Source of the DNA: a virus
Virus record (IMG/VR): IMGVR_UViG_3300045988_159959
Length of the DNA: 64,000 nt
Strand: one strand, 5' to 3'
This document shows, in pieces, positions 25,147-35,035 of the stretch. The first letter of the stretch is position 1. Each line of letters starts with the position of its first letter. The notes under the pieces were generated by a model. The model was not told where the DNA came from, searched no databases, and saw nothing but the letters and a program-made list of their open reading frames with translations. A program made the position numbers and the translations under genes.

Positions 25147-25632
25147 TTAGATTAATGATTGTAAAATAATTCCTTTTGTAAAATCGCATTCTTCGCTACC
25201 TCTTGGAATGATAACGAAATTCTTAGACGGTGATTCTATCTTGAAATTGTAGGTTATCTCCGGGTCGGGAAGGAAAGATGCTTTTTCTATGTATAAAAAC
25301 TTTTTGGCTTTCTTTCTCCATGCGGAAAAATCGTAAGAAAAAAGCGGTATCCCCTCTGCCGATAACAAAGATATCCAGTTTCCCCACATATCCATTACAA
25401 GAAGTCCTGCTGTTGCTTTGAAACTGTCGCCGGTATTCAAAGTAAAATTCATTACATGGTTGTAACCGTCTTTGATACACTCTGCAAGTTCCCTTCCAAA
25501 TTCCGAATGGTTTTTTAGGGTAACCGCAAGAGCGAGATGCCCAGTTTCGTATATCTCGTCACATCTCATGGCTCTTGCGTCACTGTCTAAAGCAATAAGG
25601 ACATCTTTTGTGATTCCGTCATTCTTCCCCAT
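25147..25632 (-). CDS. hypothetical protein (161 aa)
   Basis: The ATG at 25632 (MGKNDGITKD) overlaps the upstream stop. The track start at 25671 is less likely. Confidence 0.6.
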   Translation of the reverse strand: MGKNDGITKDVLIALDSDARAMRCDEIYETGHLALAVTLKNHSEFGRELAECIKDGYNHVMNFTLNTGDSFKATAGLLVMDMWGNWISLLSAEGIPLFSYDFSAWRKKAKKFLYIEKASFLPDPEITYNFKIESPSKNFVIIPRGSEECDFTKGIILQSLI

Positions 25633-25942
25633 CTTCCTTTTTATTGGGAATAAGAAGAACAGACGGCACACCGTTACAGCCTTGGTTCAAAGGAATTTCA
25701 TTCCATTTACCTTTTGTAATGGCTTTCACTTTCAAGAATACATCCAAAGGAACACCCAACATTAACGGTTGCGGCTTATAAGAATTGTCCCTTTCCCATT
25801 TTGCTACTTGAAGTTCAATGTTTGTTTTTACAGCTTCCATAGACGGCAAATAGGGTTCCAACCCTTCTATTTTGCTTGCATTGAAAAGCGATACATTCCC
25901 ATTTTCATGAGGAACAATGGTGTAAAATTTATTCTTCTTCAT
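25619..25942 (-). CDS. hypothetical protein (107 aa)
   Basis: The ATG at 25942 (MKKNKFYTIV) is preferred over the low-complexity Lys-rich extension. Confidence 0.55.
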   Translation of the reverse strand: MKKNKFYTIVPHENGNVSLFNASKIEGLEPYLPSMEAVKTNIELQVAKWERDNSYKPQPLMLGVPLDVFLKVKAITKGKWNEIPLNQGCNGVPSVLLIPNKKEDGEE

Positions 25943-26072
25943 CTTCTTCTGTTTCTTTGTTTTGTTCAAGTTGTTCTATTTTATAATAGATGTAATTATC
26001 AAACATGCAATGTACTGTGATACAAATTGCAATTATGATAATTGTAAGAAAAATCCAACCTGTAGTACTCAT
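25929..26072 (-). CDS. small single-TM protein with an acidic tail (47 aa, not in the track)
   Basis: Read by hand: MSTTGWIFLTIIIIAICITVHCMFDNYIYYKIEQLEQNKETEEDEEE. First ORF after the promoter palindrome at 26098-26117. Confidence 0.45.
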   Translation of the reverse strand: MSTTGWIFLTIIIIAICITVHCMFDNYIYYKIEQLEQNKETEEDEEE

Positions 26073-26093
26073 GTCTTTTTATTTTTGATGTTG

Positions 26094-26117
26094 CAAATGT
26101 AACATTATACTGTTACA
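26094..26117 (-). promoter_or_regulatory. Palindrome plus -7 box on the minus strand
   Basis: The minus strand reads TGTAACAgtataaTGTTACATTTG, 21 nt before the ATG at 26072. A diverged copy of the 93-bp module extends to 26198. Confidence 0.6.
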
Positions 26118-26190
26118 TAATTATCCTTTTATAGTTAAAATATGTAAAATTGTTAGTTTTTATAGTGTTACACTTACAATTTTTTGTTAC

Positions 26191-27663
26191 TTATAAACGC
26201 CATTCTCCTGTATTTATATGACAATAAACCAATTCTTCTTTTGCTCTTGTAATAGCAACAAATTTCAAACATTCTTCTGCATACAGAGCTTTAGGTGTCT
26301 TTGCAAATTTAGAAGGAATGAGTTCAGGGTTTAAAAAGAAAACCCGTTTTGCTTCCAATCCTTTGCTTTTATGTATGGTAGAGAGAATGATGCCGGTTTT
26401 ATCATCAGAGAAAATGTTTTTGATCTTTTGTTTCAAAGCTAAAAAAGAACCGGGGAAACGCTTGTATAGAATTTCAATGATAGAAACTTTTTCTTTCAAA
26501 GCTACATAAGAAGCGTTGTTAGTTATAGCGATTTCAGACAAACCTCTTTTTTTTAGTTTAGAGGCTTTATCTTCCAATAGGAGGTATAGGTCGTCCAAGC
26601 GTTCCTGTCCATCTAAAAGCCGGCAAAGACTTTCCCCGAAGTCCCGTCCCATGATGGATACTTTCTTTCCTCTTTCCAGCAACATAATAAAAGTGACAAC
26701 TAAAGGATAATTGTTCCTACAAAGAATAAAATCCCCATTTTCAGCTTCAAAAATGTCACCACTTCTTACAATGCCTTCTTTTGCTGTGGGAACACATTCT
26801 GTACCGGGAAACACTTCATTCGCTACTTCGACAATTTTCTTTGCACATCTGTAAGTAACAGAAAGCGGTAGACAAATGGTATTCGGCATTTCTTTTATGG
26901 AATTAAACACATCCAAGTCAGAACCCATAAAATTATAAATAAGCTGTTTTGAATCTCCTACAGCAATAAATCTTCCTCTTGGCTTGATGTATCTTTGTAA
27001 AATTTCCTTTTGAAGTGTGAATAAATCCTGTCCTTCATCTGCCATAACAACTTGATACTTAGGAAAGTTTATTTCATCCACAAAATTATATGGAATCCAT
27101 AGCATGTCTGGAAAGTCCATTTTGAAAGATTTGTTGCCTTGTATTTTAGCACAATCTTTTCTCCATCTTTCATTGATTTTATTTAGATTACTTATCATTG
27201 ATTTTTCATAATCCAAATCATATTCAATACAAAGCGCAGAGATATTTTCTTCGTTGATTTCACAAAGCGACAACCTAATCTTTTCCCATAATTCTTGTAA
27301 GGCAAAATAATATCGCATTTTCTCTTTGTATTCTTTTTTCCTAAAATCAAATAATTCCATACAAAGAGAAAAACATTTATTCTCTTCAAGCTGCATACGG
27401 AACCTAAAATTTTTCATTAATGTACGAAGTCCCATTGAATGAAAAGTATTACATTCTACTGTAGTAGGCAGTTTTGTTTTTAATTCTTCTGCAATACTTT
27501 TGTTGAACGCCATAAACAAACAACTTGTTCCTGTCGGCGTTCTGTTGCATAACTCTTTTAGTGTAAAGGTTTTACCGCTACCCGCCGTTGCTTCTATTAC
27601 CATGTTTTTATTGGTATTCTCGTAAGCATCGAAAATAGCCAACTGGTACTTGCTCCATTCCAT
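26191..27663 (-). CDS. UvrD/PcrA-like superfamily 1 DNA helicase
   Basis: Walker A EATAGSGKTFTL; VMADEGQDL; TIHKSKGLEA; VAITRAKEEL. Confidence 0.85.
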   Translation of the reverse strand: MEWSKYQLAIFDAYENTNKNMVIEATAGSGKTFTLKELCNRTPTGTSCLFMAFNKSIAEELKTKLPTTVECNTFHSMGLRTLMKNFRFRMQLEENKCFSLCMELFDFRKKEYKEKMRYYFALQELWEKIRLSLCEINEENISALCIEYDLDYEKSMISNLNKINERWRKDCAKIQGNKSFKMDFPDMLWIPYNFVDEINFPKYQVVMADEGQDLFTLQKEILQRYIKPRGRFIAVGDSKQLIYNFMGSDLDVFNSIKEMPNTICLPLSVTYRCAKKIVEVANEVFPGTECVPTAKEGIVRSGDIFEAENGDFILCRNNYPLVVTFIMLLERGKKVSIMGRDFGESLCRLLDGQERLDDLYLLLEDKASKLKKRGLSEIAITNNASYVALKEKVSIIEILYKRFPGSFLALKQKIKNIFSDDKTGIILSTIHKSKGLEAKRVFFLNPELIPSKFAKTPKALYAEECLKFVAITRAKEELVYCHINTGEWRL

Positions 27664-27690
27664 AATTCTTTTCGTTTGCTTTTATTGTTG

Positions 27691-28038
27691 TTAATCTTCT
27701 TTCCTTAGATAATGAAGAAACTCGAATGGTTTTCTTGTTCCTTCCAGATAACGATCGTCTTTATCATTGGCAAAAGCCTCCTTTTCAAAAGAGATATTTT
27801 TGTAAGCCTTTTTAAAGCTCCAATAACGTATTGCTCTAAATAGGTATTCTGTTCTATACCAAATAAAGAACGGTATTACCAGTAATTCCATCTGTTGTCG
27901 CAGGTGTATGCTTTCATGATTGATCGTCCTCTTTCCTATTGGTTTATACTCTCTCCTTACAAAAATGAAAGGAAAGATGGTCATTGCTACATATCCCTTA
28001 AAGGGGATCAGCTTATTGTAAATAATTATCCCTTTCAT
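27691..28038 (-). CDS. membrane-associated HExxH protein (putative metallopeptidase-like)
   Basis: HESIH motif after a hydrophobic segment AMTIFPFIFV. The ATG at 28038 is preferred to the track start at 28119. Confidence 0.45.
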   Translation of the reverse strand: MKGIIIYNKLIPFKGYVAMTIFPFIFVRREYKPIGKRTINHESIHLRQQMELLVIPFFIWYRTEYLFRAIRYWSFKKAYKNISFEKEAFANDKDDRYLEGTRKPFEFLHYLRKED

Positions 28039-28510
28039 ATTCACTAAATTTCTTGTAATCCGCCAAATAGTCAGCAATGAAATTTCCGCAAACAATAGGG
28101 TCATTATAGTTTTTCCCATGTCCCGGGATCCATTTGACCTTTATTCTTAGTTTTGTGTGTTCCAAGACTTCCATGAAGATTTTCTCCCACAAATCCTGAT
28201 TTTCTACACGCAAGTCTTCTCTTACCCAATCTACAAATTTATACCTCAATTGATCGGCCACATACTGACTATCTATATAGAAGGTAACGGTTGCCCTTAA
28301 ATCCTTTCGAATAGCTTTTAAAGCCATTAAGACAGCTTCCGTTTCCCTTCTGCCTATAGTGGTATGAGAAAACCCTTTTCTTATGCTATATTCTTTGTCT
28401 TTCCATTTGATGTAAACAGCAGAACCACCCAATCTTTTAGGATGTTTTGCATAGCAGCTTCCATCTGTCCAAACTTCAAGAACCTTTCCTTTTCTTTGTT
28501 TTTTCGCCAT
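28013..28510 (-). CDS. rnhA: RNase H (type 1)
   Basis: VWTDGSC, ETEAVLMAL, YIDSQYV and WIPGHG..GN..AD: the DEDD catalytic pattern of RNase HI. Confidence 0.85.
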   Translation of the reverse strand: MAKKQRKGKVLEVWTDGSCYAKHPKRLGGSAVYIKWKDKEYSIRKGFSHTTIGRRETEAVLMALKAIRKDLRATVTFYIDSQYVADQLRYKFVDWVREDLRVENQDLWEKIFMEVLEHTKLRIKVKWIPGHGKNYNDPIVCGNFIADYLADYKKFSEYERDNYLQ

Positions 28511-30182
28511 ACTTCTTTAAAATCATCAAACTTGAATCATCCTCAAAACCCTTGTTCAACATATCGGTAACCGATTTCTTGTTTTTCAACATTTCCCATA
28601 AATCCTTGTCTATGGTAGAAGATGAAAGCAAGTATTGGATTGTGACCGGATTTTCCTGTCCGCTCCTTTCCAATCTTCCTATTACCTGTACAAGATCGCT
28701 TGGACGAGGTGGCAATTCCAAAATAGCCATGTTTGAGCAAACCTTTTGAAGTCCATCCACTCCTGTCCCCAAGCATCCCATATTGGCAAATAAAAGTCTC
28801 TTAGAAGGTTCGGAAGAAAAGTCGGATAATACCTTTTCTCTTTTCTTCCCGGTCGTCTCACCTATGACAAGCAGGCTGTTTTTGAAAAGTTTCTGAATGT
28901 CTTTCAAAATAGTGGAATGAGAACCGAATACGAGTAATTTGTCATCTTCGTTTGCTTCTAACCATTCTTCTATCCATTTTTTAATTGCTTTCACCTTTCC
29001 TTCCAAAGAAAGCTGTTTTAGAAGATTCATCTTTACCAAAAACTCCGCTCTTGCAGCTTTTTCCACCTTTTCTTCATCCTTGAAATGCTTAAAGATAAAT
29101 TCCAATAAATCTTCTTCCGCAGACTTGTAAGCCTTCTTGTTGGTTATCTCGCATTCCACCATGTTTTCGGTTACAGGCGGAAGCTCTTTTAAAGCATCCC
29201 GTTTACTTACATGGAAATAGCAACATTTGATGAGAAGGTCGTTCAGTTCCTTGATATTGGATGCACCTGTCACGTCCATTCCAAAAAAAGTTTCTTTCAT
29301 GTTGCAATATCTTTCAAAGAAATAGTGATGGTAAGGGTCATCCGGCGCAATCTCTTTCAATCTTCCTATAAGTGCAAGTATGTTCAACAGTTCTGACGGA
29401 CGGTTCATGATAAGCGTACCGGTTAACCCTATGATGGCAGAGGATTTTCCTGCCAGTTTTTTGAATGTCTTGCTCCGTATGGATTTTCTGTTTTTCAGAA
29501 AATGAATTTCGTCAGCTATAACAAGAGAGAATTTCTTTTTCTTCATCCCGTCCAGTCTTATTTCGATAGAGGTCTTGCCGTTCTTTTCTGTTCTTCTCCC
29601 CAGAATGTCGTAATTGATCACAAGAACATCGGCATCAAAATCTTCTGCCGGTGAAGTAGTGGAAATGACAGATACCCGTCTATTGGGATTTGTTTCTTTC
29701 CACTCTCTCAACCAACCGGATTTCACAGAAGCCGGACATACTACCATACAAGGGAAAAGATCAAGGATTTCTGCATAGAAAATGGACGAAGCGGTCTTCC
29801 CTGTTCCGACCGAAGAACCGTTTACATGGTTTCCGTGATTGATAGCGTAATAAAGATAGTCCATTTGATAGCTTCTCGGCTTTTTTAAGAGAGAAAGTCC
29901 TTCTATCAATAGTTCTATATCCTTTCTTGACAAAAGTTCCTTAAAAGGCTTTATTTCAGCTTTGCAACCTGTACGAACAATAGAAAGAGGATCAACTTCT
30001 TCTATTCCGCAATCCGATACAAATTCTTTGAGCAGAATTTCTTTAGCAGGATCAGATTTGATGTACAGTTCCTTGTTGGCAGAATTTCTTTTGTAAGAAG
30101 AAATGAATTTAAGCCTAAGTAACGCTTCCTTATCCAATCCGGCAAAATACCAATAGTCTTTTTCCTTGTAGTAGTACATCAT
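28476..30182 (-). CDS. SNF2-family (SF2) helicase/translocase
   Basis: GSSVGTGKTASS (motif I), VIADEIHFLKN (DExH), GTLIMNRP, and a C-terminal helicase lobe with GTGVDGLQ. Confidence 0.85.
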   Translation of the reverse strand: MMYYYKEKDYWYFAGLDKEALLRLKFISSYKRNSANKELYIKSDPAKEILLKEFVSDCGIEEVDPLSIVRTGCKAEIKPFKELLSRKDIELLIEGLSLLKKPRSYQMDYLYYAINHGNHVNGSSVGTGKTASSIFYAEILDLFPCMVVCPASVKSGWLREWKETNPNRRVSVISTTSPAEDFDADVLVINYDILGRRTEKNGKTSIEIRLDGMKKKKFSLVIADEIHFLKNRKSIRSKTFKKLAGKSSAIIGLTGTLIMNRPSELLNILALIGRLKEIAPDDPYHHYFFERYCNMKETFFGMDVTGASNIKELNDLLIKCCYFHVSKRDALKELPPVTENMVECEITNKKAYKSAEEDLLEFIFKHFKDEEKVEKAARAEFLVKMNLLKQLSLEGKVKAIKKWIEEWLEANEDDKLLVFGSHSTILKDIQKLFKNSLLVIGETTGKKREKVLSDFSSEPSKRLLFANMGCLGTGVDGLQKVCSNMAILELPPRPSDLVQVIGRLERSGQENPVTIQYLLSSSTIDKDLWEMLKNKKSVTDMLNKGFEDDSSLMILKKYGEKTKKRKGS

Positions 30183-30676
30183 TGATTCAATTTTATGTAT
30201 TTACCTGATAATGATAAATTTTTGAGAATATTGTCAGCTTTACTCCCATAAGCAACAAAGCAACTATCTGTTCCTGGACTTCCGCCTTCTTTTCCGTGTT
30301 CATCAATAAACTTGATTCTTTTCCTTAGAAAATAAATAGAAGAGGCTTTATTCCATACAAATTCATGAAACATTGTGTTTCCTACTCGTGCATAAATAAG
30401 AGCTATTCCATTGTTGTGTTCTGATAATTTTCCCATAAATAGCTTTATTGTAGGGTTTGAGTAAGGTGGATTAAGAAACACAAACCCTTTCCAATCCTGT
30501 ACAAGTCCATCATCTTCTTTGGTAAAGCATTTCTTTGCAGTGTACCAATCTTTTTTAGGAGCACAAGGATCAAGATCAAAATCATTTCCTAACGCTTCTA
30601 TAATGTAAGGTGGTGTGTACCATTCTACTGTTGCTGATTTACCACCTCCAAATTTTGTTTCAAAATTAGTGTTCAT
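30179..30676 (-). CDS. dam: phage-type DNA N6-adenine methyltransferase
   Basis: EWYTPPYIIEALG..DLDPCA...VFLNPPYS, the NPPY catalytic motif. No cognate nuclease is adjacent. Confidence 0.8.
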   Translation of the reverse strand: MNTNFETKFGGGKSATVEWYTPPYIIEALGNDFDLDPCAPKKDWYTAKKCFTKEDDGLVQDWKGFVFLNPPYSNPTIKLFMGKLSEHNNGIALIYARVGNTMFHEFVWNKASSIYFLRKRIKFIDEHGKEGGSPGTDSCFVAYGSKADNILKNLSLSGKYIKLNQ

Positions 30677-30924
30677 TTCTTTCTATTGTCTATAAATTCA
30701 AAATAATACTTGCCATTCTTACACTTAATCTTCTTAATGATACAGAAATTCTTAATATTGACTTTTCCATCTCTTTCCAGTTTGTCAAATATGACTTCAA
30801 AGAGTAGGGAGATAATCTTGTCTACAGACCGCATGGAAATAAAACTTCTGGCATTTGTTCTAAACCCGGCTTTATTCAATGCTTTCATGAAGTTGAAAGT
30901 TACCTCCCTGTAAATCTTACTCAT
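30673..30924 (-). CDS. small DNA-binding-like protein (HU/IHF-like, tentative)
   Basis: 83 aa, basic. The layout is reminiscent of the HU fold (..VNIKNFCIIK..). Weak call. Confidence 0.35.
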   Translation of the reverse strand: MSKIYREVTFNFMKALNKAGFRTNARSFISMRSVDKIISLLFEVIFDKLERDGKVNIKNFCIIKKIKCKNGKYYFEFIDNRKK

Positions 30925-31010
30925 TCGTTTTTATTTCAAATTAAACTACTCGAATTGATCGTCTTCATTAGGATCGCAATCTTCATCTTCGAAGTCGTTA
31001 ATCCAATCTT

Positions 31011-32939
31011 CTATATCTCTTTCCATCCTATTTTGATTTCAAACTCTTCCGGTGTCAAAATAGGAATGTTTAAATCCTTTGCTTTCTTCACTTTGGATGA
31101 AGAGCTTTCCTTGTCTTTTGTTACAAGAATTGTGGTGTTTTTAGATACGCCGGAAACAATTTTGTGGCCTTCTTTTACAAGACGTTCTTCCCACTGTTTG
31201 TTTCTGAATCCCGTAAAACAAACCGATTCGGGATTGTCGTTTTCTACCGTTTCTTCTTGGATAAAAGAAATAGAAACAGGTGTACCACTGCAAAGATCAA
31301 AGAATGCCTTTAGTCCGTCATTGAAAGATTTTGCAGTAGTCTCGGCAATACCATCAATAGAAAGCAAGTCTTTCATAGGAACTTCCTCGTTTTCGAACAT
31401 ATAATCTATCTGGTCTTTGGATAGACTGTTGAAAATCATCTGACAGGTCTTTTCTCCTATCACACCATTAAACACATTGTAAGCGGTCAAAATTCTTGCA
31501 AAAGGAACCCCATCATCTACATAGGAATCAAATTGCTTTCGCAGCTTTTTAGAAAGACTTTTTCCTATTCCTTCGATTTTTTCAAGTTCCTTTTCTGTTG
31601 CATTTACAATGTCTTCAATAGAGAAAAGTCCACCTTTATAGAGCTTTCTTACGGTTGCTTCCTGCATTTCTTCCGTACCCAATGTAGCAAAGAAATAGAC
31701 AAGTTGCTTCACTGCTTTTTCATCACAATTTGGGTTCACACAAACAAGATCAGTTAGATTTGCATCCCATCTCAATGGTTCTCCACAAGAAGGACAAAAC
31801 ATCATGCTATCACACATTCCCTCAAAACATTCCACACTATATTTTAGTGTTTCCAAGTGTTTAGGGATAACATCTCCGCTTCTTGTAACCACTATATAGG
31901 CATTAGGACAAATATGATTATCAGTAATGTATCTTGCATTGTAACCGGTACAACGTGTGACTGTAGCACCATCAAATTCAACCGGCTCAAAAACGATTAC
32001 AGGTTTGCTTTTGCCATCTTTTGAAATACTCCATTCAATAGAAGTAACTTTGGTTGTATATCTTTCTTGCCAATCCGGGTTTTTATAAGCAATAGCGTAA
32101 CGCGGGTTCCCATTAGGAAGTCTGCCTAAAGTATTACGAATGTTTTTGTTGTCCACTTCAATTACAAGACCGTCACATTTGAAATTTTTGGTAAGTTCAA
32201 ACAGTTCATTCAAGTAATTGAAAGCGGATTTTTCATCATCAAAAACAGAAGCGGAAGTCACCCAATACTGCGTAGCATACGGTTCGTAAGCATTGTAAAG
32301 CACTGCAAGCTGCATAGACTTATCTCTATCCAAGTCCATAATACCGTACCGGATATAAGCGGTGTTCCCTAAAACCTGCGGGTTTATTTCATCCGCATTG
32401 AAAGCTCCTGCCACAGAATTTCTTGCACTTTTGTAACCAAGTGGTTTTACGTTTTTCAAAAACATACCTACCGGGATAATGGCTTCACCGAAAGTAAACT
32501 TGTTCAAACGGTCAATCGGTCTACCAGAGTTGATATACTTATAATGCTCATTGCTTTTCTGTCCTTCTATTCCGTCACCCCTTGTCCAACAATCACCTAT
32601 GATTTCATCCACCAAAAGAGAAATACCGTCATATTTAGGTGTAATGACAATTTTATCATTTGGGTGAAGTTCCCACACATCTTTAACCCATCTTCTGATC
32701 TCACTGATTGTTTTTACCTTTTCCAAAGAAAACATAGGATACGGCAATCTTTCCATCCGATTACCCTTTTTGTTTTCTTCAATGATAGGCTTTGTCAGGA
32801 TTTCGCTATCAGGATATTCTTTTTTCAACTGGTCGATCAAAAGATCATACTCCTTATCACTCATAATAGGAGCACCTTCTCTGTATTTTTGGTTGGCTTC
32901 TATGATTTTGCCTTCCAATTCTTTTTGCTTCTTTGTCAT
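31011..32939 (-). CDS. ligA: NAD-dependent DNA ligase
   Basis: N-terminal Ia-like YREGAPIMSDKEYDLL, adenylation motif KYDG, four-Cys zinc finger CPSCG..CVNPNC, HhH region, C-terminal BRCT-like VCFTGFR. Confidence 0.9.
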   Translation of the reverse strand: MTKKQKELEGKIIEANQKYREGAPIMSDKEYDLLIDQLKKEYPDSEILTKPIIEENKKGNRMERLPYPMFSLEKVKTISEIRRWVKDVWELHPNDKIVITPKYDGISLLVDEIIGDCWTRGDGIEGQKSNEHYKYINSGRPIDRLNKFTFGEAIIPVGMFLKNVKPLGYKSARNSVAGAFNADEINPQVLGNTAYIRYGIMDLDRDKSMQLAVLYNAYEPYATQYWVTSASVFDDEKSAFNYLNELFELTKNFKCDGLVIEVDNKNIRNTLGRLPNGNPRYAIAYKNPDWQERYTTKVTSIEWSISKDGKSKPVIVFEPVEFDGATVTRCTGYNARYITDNHICPNAYIVVTRSGDVIPKHLETLKYSVECFEGMCDSMMFCPSCGEPLRWDANLTDLVCVNPNCDEKAVKQLVYFFATLGTEEMQEATVRKLYKGGLFSIEDIVNATEKELEKIEGIGKSLSKKLRKQFDSYVDDGVPFARILTAYNVFNGVIGEKTCQMIFNSLSKDQIDYMFENEEVPMKDLLSIDGIAETTAKSFNDGLKAFFDLCSGTPVSISFIQEETVENDNPESVCFTGFRNKQWEERLVKEGHKIVSGVSKNTTILVTKDKESSSSKVKKAKDLNIPILTPEEFEIKIGWKEI

Positions 32940-32943
32940 GTTT

Positions 32944-33498
32944 TTATTTGTCTAAGGATGAAAGAAATGCTCTGGTATTCTCTACAGAATCACACTTGTT
33001 TTCTTCTTTTTGTTTGCCCCTGATTTCTATCAAAATCTTATAGGCTTCCGGGAAGTTGTCTTGCAATTGCTTTTCTGTGTTGATATAGTCAAGAGCACAG
33101 GCAACCCTGTTTCTGGTTTCGTTTTCCAGTCTTCTAAATTCATACGCTTTCTTGCTCCATTCCAAAATATCTTTTTCAAAAAAGCATTTAAAATCGTCCA
33201 GATATTCACCATAAAACATTTTAGGCATCCCTATTCCATCCAAAGGAATGGGTTCATAGATACGAGCATCCTTTGTTGTTTTTAAAAGTTCATCCGTAGA
33301 GATGTGACTATAAAACAAAAGTGGTTTCATGGACGGGTATCTGTCTACAATGGATTTTATTTCTGGCGGCAGAATAGCATCCACTCTATTTTGCAATTGT
33401 GTTCCAATTCCCTCCAAATAATCACTTAATTTCTTTCTTGCTTTTTGGGCAAATTGATTTCTAATCATTTCTTTGTCCGCTACTAATAGTTTAGCCAT
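32944..33498 (-). CDS. hypothetical protein (184 aa)
   Basis: ATG ORF in the array. Confidence 0.6.
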   Translation of the reverse strand: MAKLLVADKEMIRNQFAQKARKKLSDYLEGIGTQLQNRVDAILPPEIKSIVDRYPSMKPLLFYSHISTDELLKTTKDARIYEPIPLDGIGMPKMFYGEYLDDFKCFFEKDILEWSKKAYEFRRLENETRNRVACALDYINTEKQLQDNFPEAYKILIEIRGKQKEENKCDSVENTRAFLSSLDK

Positions 33499-33502
33499 AA
33501 TC

Positions 33503-33985
33503 TTAAATTCTTTTCGTTATTTTTAGTAATATGAATAATGCAATCAAAACTGTAAAAGCACCTATCCCCATACCTCCCATAAAAGAAAGCAATCTATTAG
33601 GAGCCGCCTTTACTTCTTCTTTCAAGTTTTCGTTTTCTTTGCTTACTTTAGACAGCTTTTCTTTGAGGCTTTTTACAACCAATTCCAGACTATCGCAAGA
33701 AGCTACTATAACAATAGTGTCACCTTTCTTTTGAACTGAAAGGTTAGCTTGTCCTTTACTTGTTTCCCTTTTTTCTCCATCTTCCATTTTTTGAGGATTG
33801 ATAGTGAGATTTACAATTGAATAGGGAATCTTTACAAGCGTATCTGCTAACTCTCTTTCCCAGAATAGGGAATCTTTTAGTGTGAAGTTATAGTCTGTCT
33901 TTTGGGAAGGACGGGATTTGCACCCGCCCAAACCAATAAAACAACAAAATAACAAACAAAAAGCAATTACCGAATTTCTTTTCAT
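33503..33985 (-). CDS. lipoprotein with a C-terminal transmembrane anchor (u-spanin-like topology)
   Basis: Lipobox FIGLGGC after the signal peptide, a central coiled-coil, and a C-terminal TM GMGIGAFTVLIALFILL. Confidence 0.55.
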   Translation of the reverse strand: MKRNSVIAFCLLFCCFIGLGGCKSRPSQKTDYNFTLKDSLFWERELADTLVKIPYSIVNLTINPQKMEDGEKRETSKGQANLSVQKKGDTIVIVASCDSLELVVKSLKEKLSKVSKENENLKEEVKAAPNRLLSFMGGMGIGAFTVLIALFILLKITKRI

Positions 33986-34191
33986 ATACTTTCTTTTATG
34001 ATCGCTGACTTTAAAAATCCTGTTATTCCCATCCGAAAGGATTTCAATTTTCCGTTCCGAATAACATCCAGCTCAATGTTTCTAAAATCCCTTGCCACCC
34101 TCACACCTTTGATTGTAGCTTCTCCTATTCCGGGAAGTTCTATCGTCTTATCTCTTAATCTGTTTAGGATACAGTTATTCTTCGAGTTCAT
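33982..34191 (-). CDS. hypothetical protein (69 aa)
   Basis: ATG ORF with overlapping stop/start on both sides. Confidence 0.5.
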   Translation of the reverse strand: MNSKNNCILNRLRDKTIELPGIGEATIKGVRVARDFRNIELDVIRNGKLKSFRMGITGFLKSAIIKESI

Positions 34192-34495
34192 GCGGTTTTA
34201 GAACGCTTTTGTAAATCACGAAGTTATCATGCCCGAAACCGATAGAGACAGAATCGCATTCCTTTATCCACCCCCTTATTGTCCCTTCCGAATAATTAGA
34301 AAGATTGGCTTTCAAAACAATGCTTGTAACGTCTTGTCCAATTGCTTCATTTTGATAGAAGTCCCTTGTCTTTCCGTTGAAATTATCCAAAAGGATAGTT
34401 CTTTCCATCTTTCCGTCTGCCGACATAATAGCAAGAACAGGCTTCTTTCCTATTCGTTGCATGTGGCTAATAGCCATATAAAGAATATGTTCCAT
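34175..34495 (-). CDS. hypothetical protein (106 aa)
   Basis: ATG ORF in the array. Confidence 0.55.
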   Translation of the reverse strand: MEHILYMAISHMQRIGKKPVLAIMSADGKMERTILLDNFNGKTRDFYQNEAIGQDVTSIVLKANLSNYSEGTIRGWIKECDSVSIGFGHDNFVIYKSVLKPHELEE

Positions 34496-34501
34496 GATTA
34501 A

Positions 34502-34831
34502 TTACTTATAATTCAACATGTTCTTAATCGCTTTTTCTTGATAGAAGCGTTTCTTGTCTTCGCCTCCATCTTTCTTAGAAAAGTTGTTCGCCCTTTTCTT
34601 CAATATCTTTGCCTTGCTTTCGGTAGACATCATCTTAAATTCTCCTATAGAAATGTCGGGAACCTTTTCGTTCTTTTCTTCTTCATAAGAGACTTGCTTA
34701 CCGCATACCGGACATTTGGGAAGATTGGAAGGAACAAGTTTATTGTAACGAAAGACGAACTTTGCATTTGTCATGGGAGACTTTATCCCAAACCTTTCGC
34801 AATTTTCATTGCCACAATATATTCTTATCAT
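34502..34831 (-). CDS. zinc-ribbon protein (109 aa)
   Basis: CGNENC ... CPVCG cysteine pairs and a basic C-terminus. Confidence 0.55.
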   Translation of the reverse strand: MIRIYCGNENCERFGIKSPMTNAKFVFRYNKLVPSNLPKCPVCGKQVSYEEEKNEKVPDISIGEFKMMSTESKAKILKKRANNFSKKDGGEDKKRFYQEKAIKNMLNYK

Positions 34832-35000
34832 TCTGAATCTGTTTGATTTTATCCTTCAAAAGAAAAAGTTGCTTTTCCGCTTCTTCCAATCTTGAAGGGT
34901 CGTTTACATTGTTTTTGAGGTAGGAAAGATCGTGTTCAATACTTTCCAGTCTGTCCAAGAAAGACAAGACAAAAATGTTCAAATACTTATTACTCGCCAT
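34806..35000 (-). CDS. hypothetical coiled-coil protein (64 aa)
   Basis: First ORF after the promoter palindrome at 35040-35059. Confidence 0.5.
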   Translation of the reverse strand: MASNKYLNIFVLSFLDRLESIEHDLSYLKNNVNDPSRLEEAEKQLFLLKDKIKQIQNDKNILWQ

Positions 35001-35035
35001 AGTCTAAATTATTTGTTTGTTACTTATAACGGACG

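Noticed and set aside
30955-31404. Antisense ORFs inside strongly supported genes, for example 30955..31404, 32544..33023, 39103..39543, 44938..45375, 47187..47615, 50922..51404, 54202..54732 and 60051..60428.
   Set aside because: Each lies opposite a gene with clear catalytic motifs. The translations are low-complexity (Ser/Phe/Leu/Ile-rich), as expected from reading AT-rich coding DNA backwards.
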